The notes under the pieces were generated by a model. It made no database searches. It was not told the DNA's origin and saw only the letters and a list, made by a program, of their open reading frames with translations. 32,000 bases of DNA from Candidatus Saccharimonadota bacterium (GTDB lineage: Bacteria > Patescibacteriota > Saccharimonadia > Saccharimonadales > UBA4665): positions 270,001 through 302,000 of the forward strand of contig CP064992.1 of assembly GCA_016699935.1 (NCBI GenBank), in the 5' to 3' direction. The translations under genes were made by a program, and so were the position numbers. This document shows, piece by piece, positions 18,788 to 26,630 of the stretch. Positions within the stretch are counted from its first letter, which is position 1, and each line of letters starts with the position of its first letter.

Positions 18788-18835
18788 AGTAGCTCCGTTT
18801 CTATCTGTTATAGTAGCACTTTTTCTTACAAAATA

Positions 18836-19534
18836 CTAGTGAGTTTCACCGTTTGCGCTCGCAAGCTCTAAGCCATCAAACTCATCACCCTTTTCAGATT
18901 TAAACAAGCGCTTACAGTCAACGATGTAGGTGAACTTTTGGTAGTCTATGAGGTTTTTCTTTCAGCTTGTGTAGTTCTACGGCAGCAGTCTCTCGCGTGA
19001 TACCCACCATTTCAGCTATGTCCTGGTGGCTGAGCCGCAGGCCTATTTTGCACCGTCCGTCAGCCTGCCATTCACCAAATCGCGTCACAAGATATTGCAG
19101 AATATAGATGAGCTTATCTTGCGCATATGAATGTTCAAGCGCATAGACATGCATGGTAGCCGCAATGTAATGCGACATATAATTCTGAAATATCTGTTCT
19201 TTTAGATCAGGGTTAGCGGCAAGAGCGTGCTCATACTCACTTTTGCTTACCGCGAGCACTGTGCAGTCGGTTAAGGCGTCGAAATAGTAAATACAGAGCG
19301 GTGATTTGCCAAATACCCAAGACATGGGGAACACGTCGCCAGCCGTCAGAAGCGTCACCGTACGTTGATCTCCATCACTTGTAATGCCATACACCTTCAC
19401 GATACCGCTACGCAGCAGCATGACACTCTGGGGTACTTCTCCCTGAAATAGAATAGTGTGCTTTTTGGGAAATGACGCGTGACAGCCATTGGCTCAAGAA
19501 CAGAAAGCTTCCCGAATTGCTTGCGTTCATCCAT
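18836..19534 (-). CDS. Crp/Fnr family transcriptional regulator; two frame disruptions (19462-19466, 18954-18958)
   Basis: The core ORF 18918..19421 has a cNMP-binding-like barrel and an HTH (LSHQDIAEMVGITRETAAVELHKLK). The N-terminus is restored as MDERKQFGKLSVLEPMAVTRHFPKKHTILFQGEVPQSVMLL. The C-terminus continues as ...NLIDYQKFTYIVDCKRL...*. Confidence 0.75.
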
Positions 19535-19549
19535 TACTTATTTATAGCA

Positions 19550-21010
19550 TTAATGCTCATTTGTGGCTAGCTCTGAAAACCATATTCGACGGCGCCTGTG
19601 GAGCAAGAAGACTCCCCAGAGTACCAACCCATAGCAGGTTGCCATATCAACCGCACTTAAGTACACATTTGTTTGAAAGACGTGCGGCAAACGTGCAAGC
19701 AAACTTGCCGTGTCGAGCATGTAGGTTAGCAGTAGCTGCGCAGGCCATGCTACCCACCCCGATGCAAGCGGGATAAGCATGCCCGCAAGTCCAGCAATGA
19801 AGCTCAGCAGCATAGCGATGGGGATAAACAACACGACAAGCACATTCGCCACGAGTGCCACCAATGATACTTGGCCAAATATAAACATAACCAGTGGAAT
19901 CGTCATAATCTCAGCAGCTAGTGTTTCGACTACCATGGCAGCGAGGAGTGGCGGACGCCGTTTAAGCCAGAACCTGCGGAGCACTGCCGGCGCCAAAACA
20001 AGTATTCCGAAAAATGCCAGCATGGATAGCCACCAGCCGATGTCACTCCAGAAGTATACTGGTGTCGCATACGCAGTCATTGCCGCCGCCAGCATAATCA
20101 AAACCATCGGCCGGACTGAACGACCGTAATACCATGCCGAGAGCGCAAGTCCACTTACGACTGACGCCCGGACTATACTGGCGCTCGCGCCCGTAACAAG
20201 CAAGAAGAATCCAATAAGTCCTAGTGCAGTGATAACCATGGCCTGTTTTGACCGTTTCTCTAGCAAACGTTTTGCTGCATTCACTAAGATTGTTAGGTTA
20301 TATCCACTGACAGCAATGATGTGCGTAAGTCCGACCATCAGAAACGCCTGCGTGATGGCAAAGGGCAACGTATTGCGCTGTCCTATCAACAGCCCGCTAC
20401 CAAACGATGCCGCTGGTTCAGGCAATGCTGTTTGCATACCAGCTACAAAACTACGACGGAAGCTGTCGGCCCAGGTTTGCTCACCTGCAATACGGCTCAC
20501 TTGCGCGTAACTCATCGTCGCTTGTTTGCCGCCACGCGTCGGGTAGAGCTTACCCGTAATCTCTACGACATCACCACGGTAGATTGCCAACTCACCAAAG
20601 CCGTTCACTTTGATCGTGCCGGGCACTTCGACATTTCTAGGTGATATGAAATGTACTTTTTTTACCTCAAAGCTGAGCTGTTTGCTCGTGCCGTACACGG
20701 CATCTTGACTGACCTTCGCCCGCAACGTTACCTTCTGACGGGCAAGTTCTTGATAGGGCTGTAGGGCCTGCAGGTACCCTGCCCCACGCCATACACCTAG
20801 GCTGAGGCCAAACAAAGCAAGCATTATGAAGTGAAATAATGGCTTTTTCACCCCTGTGAACGTCAACACTCCAAGTAAAATGACAAACAAGCCCGGCAAA
20901 TCCAGGTGCAACCGCGCGAGCAATAGCCCCACCAGAAAACTCACGCAAACAGCGAGCACTTTGTCTGTCCGTTTGACACGGATAGCTCGCGACCACCACA
21001 ATCGCTTCAT
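19550..21010 (-). CDS. comEC: ComEC/Rec2 family DNA internalisation channel (no beta-lactamase domain)
   Basis: Intact 486-aa polytopic ORF with an N-terminal OB-like segment and a competence domain (LLIGQRNTLPFAITQAFLMVGLTHIIAVSGYNLTILV). Confidence 0.8.
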   Translation of the reverse strand: MKRLWWSRAIRVKRTDKVLAVCVSFLVGLLLARLHLDLPGLFVILLGVLTFTGVKKPLFHFIMLALFGLSLGVWRGAGYLQALQPYQELARQKVTLRAKVSQDAVYGTSKQLSFEVKKVHFISPRNVEVPGTIKVNGFGELAIYRGDVVEITGKLYPTRGGKQATMSYAQVSRIAGEQTWADSFRRSFVAGMQTALPEPAASFGSGLLIGQRNTLPFAITQAFLMVGLTHIIAVSGYNLTILVNAAKRLLEKRSKQAMVITALGLIGFFLLVTGASASIVRASVVSGLALSAWYYGRSVRPMVLIMLAAAMTAYATPVYFWSDIGWWLSMLAFFGILVLAPAVLRRFWLKRRPPLLAAMVVETLAAEIMTIPLVMFIFGQVSLVALVANVLVVLFIPIAMLLSFIAGLAGMLIPLASGWVAWPAQLLLTYMLDTASLLARLPHVFQTNVYLSAVDMATCYGLVLWGVFLLHRRRRIWFSELATNEH

Positions 21011-21149
21011 TTTTCCAGCGTACCACCGAACTTCATGCTAACCATGAGGATAATATGGATAATGCTACGCAGCGGCTTGGAGAATTTCCATGACCGGCTT
21101 ACCTTCTACCGGAGGTCGGTAATGTACGATCCTGTAGTCCATATAGACA

Positions 21150-21530
21150 TCATCCGTACAGGCGGGTGTTGTGTTCGTATCGGAGATGGGCAAAGATTTT
21201 GAGGAGTTTTAGTAGCCTAATCAATCTTATGCCTCGCAGTATTTCAAAGGTGGTCGTCGGTATTGGCACAGCAGCAAATAGATAAAACCAGTTATGCCTG
21301 ATATATTTTGCCCTATCACGGGCAAAATACCATTCAAAAATGAATTCTGCCAGAAAGATCATGCCGACTACGACCTCAAATACCTCTGCACCCTTTAGCT
21401 GGGCGTAGGTCAGCCTTTCTAGGTGTTCGAGCGTCAGTAGGGCAAAGCTGCTCATGACTAAGGTAACCATCACCCCCTCTTTCACAAAAAGGAAACGCCG
21501 CAACTTTTGTCTCTGTTTTTTAGTATGCAT
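21150..21530 (-). CDS. ion-transport family protein consisting only of a voltage-sensor-like S1-S4 domain
   Basis: The 126-aa ORF has an S2-like FLAEFIFEWYFARDRAKYI, an S3-like NWFYLFAAVPIP and an S4-like LRGIRLIRLLKLLKIFAHLR with a basic residue at every third position. The 140 nt downstream contain no S5-pore-S6. Confidence 0.55.
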   Translation of the reverse strand: MHTKKQRQKLRRFLFVKEGVMVTLVMSSFALLTLEHLERLTYAQLKGAEVFEVVVGMIFLAEFIFEWYFARDRAKYIRHNWFYLFAAVPIPTTTFEILRGIRLIRLLKLLKIFAHLRYEHNTRLYG

Positions 21531-21618
21531 AATGCTTTTTTAAGTATAGCAAAGTGGGGATTGTTGGTGTCCAGCTAAATACTTGCTCTTGAGTAGTTTT
21601 CCGTTTTTGCAGCAACAT

Positions 21619-22236
21619 TCATTTCCCGCATAACGCTCGTCTAACCGCTTCCCAATCCTTGCAACGGATGATACCTTTTGGTAAGTTTTGCTGGCGATTC
21701 CACCCGTAATCTCCAAACAATATTGCGCTTATTCCAGCTTCTGCTGCGAGTAGGCAGTGCTCGAAGCAATCATCAATCAAATAGCTGGCCCCGATTTCAC
21801 TACAAATTTTTGCTTTGGTAGCCTCACTACCGTCACCCCATAACGGTACAAAATGTACATCACTAAATATATTTGGATAATGTAAGGCAAGGGATGAATG
21901 CGTCATTTTTATGCCACGTTGATCTCGGGAAGTTACTATAACTAAGTCATACTGTTTGTTAAGTTCATTTAGCACACTCAAGGCACCTGTAATCGGCTTA
22001 AGGTTTTCTTTGTAGGAAGAAACCACGAATTCTTCGTACATTGTAGTTGTTTCAGCTGAATTTTTGTGCCAAATATTCTCCCAATAATTATCAAAAGGTC
22101 CTTCTACTAAATAATCCTTAGCTGTGTGCTTAAACCCATAATGATTGTTCATAAAATGTCGAACGGCAGTATTTTCGTCGAACAGTGTGTCGTCAGCATC
22201 AATGGCAATTATTTTCTTTGTCATTTTCATAAGCAT
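21619..22236 (-). CDS. HAD-superfamily hydrolase (5'(3')-deoxyribonucleotidase-like)
   Basis: HAD motif I IAIDADDTLFD, motif II VIVTSR, and a C-terminal YLIDD are present. The ORF is intact, and the exact start among the N-terminal Met codons is uncertain. Confidence 0.6.
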   Translation of the reverse strand: MLMKMTKKIIAIDADDTLFDENTAVRHFMNNHYGFKHTAKDYLVEGPFDNYWENIWHKNSAETTTMYEEFVVSSYKENLKPITGALSVLNELNKQYDLVIVTSRDQRGIKMTHSSLALHYPNIFSDVHFVPLWGDGSEATKAKICSEIGASYLIDDCFEHCLLAAEAGISAILFGDYGWNRQQNLPKGIIRCKDWEAVRRALCGK

Positions 22237-22357
22237 AGCAAAAGTAATCAGAACAAACTAAAAATAATGTTCAAGATTCAATGAACAATTCAAGAAAAAA
22301 GACCTGCCTATGGCAGAGCTTTATTTCTTGGAGGGCCACAGTAAACGCTATCGGAAA

Positions 22358-22723
22358 TCAAAGACCTGTCGCTACAAAAGCAGGAAGATCGTCACCCGTT
22401 AAGCTCCATGCTTCGTATTTCTGTACCGGCTTAACTTGTAGCACATAGCCGTTTTTAAACGCGAGTGTTAAAACGTATTCGTTGGTTAATTCTATGCTGG
22501 TCAAATTAGTATGAAGGAGCTCTAGTGTCGGTTTGAGCGTGGAAACGTCGTTCGGATCTATAGTAGCTTTCTTAGTCTTAGTTTGAAGCTGAAATGGTAC
22601 TTCAATTTGTAAATTGGCATATTTTCCTTCACGCCTTTCACCACCAAGAAAGTTTAGGTCAACTTGATAACTAAAGCGCACGTAGTTAACTTCGGCACCG
22701 ACTAACTTCTTTAATTCATCCAT
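22358..22723 (-). CDS. hypothetical protein (121 aa)
   Basis: Intact ORF with no frame breaks. It ends ...KYEAWSLTGDD..., which loosely resembles small DUF6188-type proteins; this is a weak assignment. It is embedded among the tRNA-Lys-derived repeat fragments. Confidence 0.45.
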   Translation of the reverse strand: MDELKKLVGAEVNYVRFSYQVDLNFLGGERREGKYANLQIEVPFQLQTKTKKATIDPNDVSTLKPTLELLHTNLTSIELTNEYVLTLAFKNGYVLQVKPVQKYEAWSLTGDDLPAFVATGL

Positions 22724-22743
22724 TCGCTCAGTATAGCAAACAA

Positions 22744-22769
22744 AAAGACTCCCCTATTCAGAAGTCTTT
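22744..22769 (-). terminator. hairpin T1 following tRNA-like module 1
   Basis: AAAGACT / AGTCTTT (7-bp stem, 12-nt loop), flanked by an A-run on + and therefore a T-run on -. Confidence 0.4.
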
Positions 22770-22783
22770 CATAGTGCTTATGA

Positions 22784-22994
22784 TTGAGGGCCCAGTGAGA
22801 CAGCGCACTTCGTGCTTTTCCGCTGTGGCGTGCATCGCTACGCTCTTCCCTGTGATGCTCGATGAATTCAATCAAGCTTGATTCAACTTCGCTTCTCGTT
22901 CACCGGAATAAATTCCTGCGCGCGTTCTCGCTCCACCGAACTCACGACACAATGCATATTTTCTTCGAAAATCTGCAGTGCCGTAAGCCCAAGC
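22784..22994 (-). ncRNA. tRNA-Lys-3'-end-derived structured module 1 (candidate ncRNA, family unknown; ends approximate)
   Basis: A copy of the tRNA 3' end at 22784-22799 (1 mismatch) and CGAACTCACGAC at 22937-22948 are split by 137 nt. A two-tier hairpin spans 22941-22987, followed by the conserved CCCAAGC. Confidence 0.3.
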
Positions 22995-23013
22995 ATCACG
23001 AGACTGACCAAAT

Positions 23014-23042
23014 AAAAAGACCTATCTGCGACAGGTCTTTTT
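23014..23042 (-). terminator. hairpin T2 following tRNA-like module 2
   Basis: AAAAAGACCT / AGGTCTTTTT is a perfect 10-bp stem with a 9-nt loop, giving the shape of a bidirectional terminator. Confidence 0.55.
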
Positions 23043-23045
23043 ATT

Positions 23046-23179
23046 TGGAGGGCCCAGTGAGGCCTCGCCTGTGGCTCGCGCACTGCGCTGTCCTCGGAGC
23101 TAGCTCCTGTGGGCAGCTTCGTTGGCGTCGAACTCACGACATTTCAATTTGCTCACGCAAATTGGTCGTGAGCCCAAGC
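23046..23179 (-). ncRNA. tRNA-Lys-3'-end-derived structured module 2 (candidate ncRNA, family unknown; ends approximate)
   Basis: An exact copy of the tRNA 3' end at 23046-23061 and CGAACTCACGAC at 23129-23140 are split by 67 nt. A two-tier hairpin spans 23133-23172 with a GUGA loop in the tRNA sense, followed by the conserved CCCAAGC. Confidence 0.3.
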
Positions 23180-23199
23180 CCAGCTGAACCTTACCAATC

Positions 23200-23226
23200 A
23201 AAAAGCTCCCAAAACGGGAGCTTTTT
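23200..23226 (-). terminator. hairpin T3 immediately after tRNA-Lys
   Basis: AAAAAGCTCCC / GGGAGCTTTTT is a perfect 11-bp stem with a 5-nt loop. It lies 3 nt beyond the tRNA CCA end. Confidence 0.6.
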
Positions 23227-23229
23227 GAT

Positions 23230-23305
23230 TGGAGGGCCCAGTGAGACTCGAACTCACGACACGAGGCTTAAAAGGCCTCTGCTCTACCGACTGAGCTATG
23301 GGCCC
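23230..23305 (-). tRNA. tRNA-Lys (anticodon UUU), CCA encoded
   Basis: The reverse complement folds as a canonical cloverleaf: GGGCCCA ta GCTC agtcggta GAGC a GAGGC cuUUUaa GCCTC gtgtc GTGAG ttcgagt CTCAC TGGGCCC t CCA. Confidence 0.95.
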
Positions 23306-23542
23306 GCGCTCGGGTAATGAGACAAAACCTCGCGGTTTTTTCTCATCGCTCCGGGCGAAAAGCGCGGTTTTCGCTCGGGCTGCTCTTTTTCCCTCTCAGG
23401 GCTTGTCGTAGAAAGGGAAATTAACTCCTTACATTATCTATATTTCGGTCAAAAAGTCAACGTCTGCTTACGACTAGCCTCTTTGTTGCAAATGTAACTA
23501 ATGTTTGCTTTTTATATTAATCGTACTTACATTTATATTTAA

Positions 23543-23551
23543 TGCTATAAT
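23543..23551 (+). promoter_or_regulatory. candidate extended -10 promoter element for glnA
   Basis: TGcTATAAT lies 26 nt upstream of the glnA ATG in an AT-rich leader. The RBS GGAGG is at 23568-23572. Confidence 0.35.
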
Positions 23552-23576
23552 ACTTAGTGTAAATAATGGAGGTTTT

Positions 23577-25002
23577 ATGGACGAAAGTGTAAAATTAAAA
23601 AACTTTCTAGAGCTCGATTATGAAACAATCGAGGAAATGAACCTGGCAGCACGGGCCATTACCGACCCCAAGGATGCCCGAGAGAAACACATCGCCTACC
23701 TAGAGGAGACCAAGCAACTCAAAGCGGTGACAGTTTGCTTTAGTGACATCGAAGGTCGTTTGCATATGCTGGATTACGATCGTAAGTTTTCCTCGCCTCG
23801 CTCGATAATCTAACCTTTGATGGCTCGTCAGTGCGAGGACTCAGCGAGCAAAGCGAATCTGATCTACGTCTGCAAGTTGACTGGACGAGTATTACCTTTG
23901 TGCCAGCCGATATATTTGGCTCCGGGAAACTAATCATTTTTGCAAATGTTTGCGACCGTGAACTACAGCCATATGCGACAGATTTTCGAGCGCAGTTACA
24001 GTCATATACCACAAAGCTTAAGGCTAGTGATGGCCTTGAGGCTTTCATGGCGCCTGAGATCGAAGGCTTTTTGCTACAAGGTGTCGACGCCGAACAGCAT
24101 TATGATGGACGCAAGGGGTTTGAGCTTGTTTCGACCGGAGGGTATTTCCATTCTCTACCACTTGACGAGTTACGTCGTTTTATAGACGCGACCGCCGAAG
24201 CCCAAAGAGCAATGGGCTTTGGCAATGAAAAAGATCACCCAGAGGTTGCACCATCGCAATTTGAAATTAATTATCGCTACACAGACATCGTGCGCGCTTG
24301 TGACCAAGCACAACTGTACAAACTCGTTTGCCGGCAGATTGCTATGAATATGGGCATGACCGCAACGTTTCTGCCAAAACCAATTCAGGGTGTCAATGGC
24401 AATGGCATGCACACCAATCTTTCTCTGGCAAAAATGGCAAAAATCTATTTTATGATGCGGCTGGCCAGGATAGACTTTCCAAAATCGGCTGGGATTTTGT
24501 AGGCAATATATTACATCGTGCAAGTGATATATGTTTGGTGCTCAACTCAAGCGTCAATGCTTACCGCCGACTCGACCCAGCTTACGAAGCACCAAATCAA
24601 ATAAAAGTTTCGGCCAATGACCGAAGTTCAATGATTCGTATACCTTTTGGCAATGAAAAAACAGCTCGCATAGAAGTACGCTCCGTGGCACCCGATGCTA
24701 ACCCCTATCTAGTTGCCTTTACGCTGCTTAGGACTGGGCTAGACGGCAAACCACCGCGAGTTGATACGAGCAAACGACCTCGTATCCGTGTACTACCAGA
24801 CACCATCCACGACGCCATTCGTCTATATAAATCTAGCGACTACGTCTCGAAGCTACTAGGTGAGGACTGCAAACAGAAATATCTCGCACCAAAACAAGCT
24901 GTCGCAAACCGTAGTGGCATTGAACTTGGCAGTCGTATCAAATCGGAAGAAATCATCCACCACCACGAAGTCACCAACCAGTTTTTGTGGAACACATTCT
25001 AA
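23577..25002 (+). CDS. glnA: glutamine synthetase; two frame disruptions (23787-23790, 24430-24434)
   Basis: Fragments 23577..23813, 23831..24502 and 24328..25002 join as ...DYDRKFFLASLDNLTFDGSSVRG... and ...NGNGMHTNLSLAKNGKNLFYDAAG.... The GS motifs FDGSSVRG, APEIEGFL, HPEVAPSQFEINY, NGNGMH and SMIRIP are present. Confidence 0.9.
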
Positions 25003-25068
25003 AATAATTGTCCCCTTTCCTGAGTCCTTCACCCACGCCCGGCTCGCTTCTATAGTTATGTAGATAGA

Positions 25069-25108
25069 GAATTGTCCCGCTCAGGACGTTAAGACAATTC
25101 AGATTTTT
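25069..25108 (+). terminator. weak candidate terminator after glnA
   Basis: GAATTGTC / GACAATTC (8-bp stem, 16-nt loop) is followed by agaTTTTT. Confidence 0.3.
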
Positions 25109-25119
25109 CTATGCCACAA

Positions 25120-26630
25120 TTAGCCTAGGCTGGAGCGGAGGACCCCCATAGTTTCGATGAGGTCTCGGAGAGTTTCGCTTTCATCTCGTAGATTGAGAGC
25201 TGCCGAACTGAGCTTGCGATGCGACTCGTGTTTTTCTGCGACAGGCTCACATCGTACGCCTAAAATTCGCTCAGTTTCTTCAACATCTTCAACCACTTGC
25301 TTCCACGCTGGATTGTTGATAGCTAGCATTGCCAGATTGTGACGGTTCAGGTAGCGTCCAGCGTCGATAACGTCATGCGCAAGGTGCGGATAGAGGCTGA
25401 GCAGTGTGTCGAGCTCAGGTTTCGTCAAAGATTTTAGTGCTCGACCTAGACCAATAAATTCTGGGGGCACACCCACTGAGTAAAACGAACCAGTAAAGGT
25501 AATCGCCCGCGGTAAAGACTGGCCTTCGAGGCTGCGCGTATACGAAACGAGGCCAATGTGTTGATGCCGGTCGCGACGGCGTGGGAAGGCAGCAAAAACT
25601 GGCTGCACGTCTCTTACGAGCTCTCCAATCGTACTCTTATATAGCTTTGCTGCATCATGCGCAATGCGCGTGAGGAGCTTCGCATCTTTTGTCGCAATAG
25701 TAAGTGGCTGTGCTTTTGGCAGCTCGCGTTCGAGCTGGGATATTGCCCGCTTCACGGCCGACTGGGGGTGATCGTAACGGAAAGAAGACTGCAACGTTAC
25801 CGTACGAACTCCTGGCAATTCAGCAATAAACCTATCGATCGATGTCGGTGTCAGACCACCACGAAATGGCAGACTACCTGATCCGGTAATCGGGAAGACC
25901 GGGATGTCACTTTTTGCGGCAAATGTATAGAGCTCGGCGAGACCAAGCTTGTTTCCTATCCGGGCCGCCAAAAACCCTGATGACAACGCGGAATCAGAAC
26001 AGGCCAAAAAGCCCCGAATGTAGTCAGGCTTATGACCGAAGTGCTGTTTGTGCAGATCCACATACTCTTCGAGCAATCGCCCCATAGCCATCTGCCCTTC
26101 AGCATTTTCGACGAGGGAATAATCTCAAGATAGTCACTATTGGCTTTTTGGCTGGCTGTAAAATCCTCGGATTTAAAATGTGCCAGTTTCTCAAACAGTT
26201 TTTGCATATCCATAAGCTGACTAGCACGTTCGGTCATGGGAAGAATCACCTCAAACAGCGGGCGCTCATGAAACCCAATATCCCTGGCGAAATCTTCACT
26301 ACTAAGCAAAACGGTCATGGCTTGCAGCAAATTGTACCCACGCTCCTGCCAGATATTTGGAATACGAAAGGTGAGAAACTTGTCCAGACCGAGTTGGTGC
26401 TTAGCAAAATATTCATGATGTTGCGAAAAAAGTCTATCTATTACAGCCGCATCTGCGTGTTTGCCTTCCCAGTCCCACATGTACTCGCTCACCCCCATAT
26501 CTTTAAAGCACGTCACCGCTTCTAGAATCTCTTGGTGAGCGCCGATGAATGGTCGCCCGGCTGCGTCCCAGTATGGTGCCGCCGCATTGTCTGGGTGCTG
26601 GGTGGCCATGGTTGCCGGAATATGCCTCAC
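25120..26630 (-). CDS. ppcA: archaeal-type phosphoenolpyruvate carboxylase (PepcA family); one frame disruption at 26115-26117
   Basis: The N-terminal IPATMATQHPDN signature is present. Fragments 25956..26630 and 25120..26091 join as ...DYLEIIPLVENAEGQMAMGRLLEEY.... The GTG start overlaps the aminotransferase stop (GTGA). Confidence 0.85.

Noticed and set aside
19779-20644. Several 90-120-aa plus-strand ORFs inside the comEC region, and the 119-aa ORF at 20667..21026.
   Set aside because: They are antisense or alternate-frame ORFs within an intact 486-aa ComEC gene that has clear family motifs. They are typical shadow ORFs.
21034-21201. A 55-aa plus-strand ORF in the comEC / voltage-sensor intergenic region.
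   Set aside because: It is below any reliable size threshold and has no RBS or motif. It also overlaps the 3' end of the minus-strand voltage-sensor ORF and its possible frameshifted continuation.
22784-23179. tmRNA (ssrA) as the identity of the tRNA-like modules.
   Set aside because: The modules are about 135 and 210 nt, too short for tmRNA. I could read no tag reading frame ending in a hydrophobic tail plus stop. The extra sequence interrupts the T loop rather than lying between a D-loop analogue and the T arm.
22862-23317. A 151-aa plus-strand ORF, and the 84-aa minus-strand ORF at 22883..23137.
   Set aside because: Both run through the tRNA-Lys gene, the terminator hairpins and the tRNA-derived repeat blocks. 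They have no RBS, no recognisable motif and a low-complexity composition, so they are better explained as chance ORFs over structured non-coding DNA.
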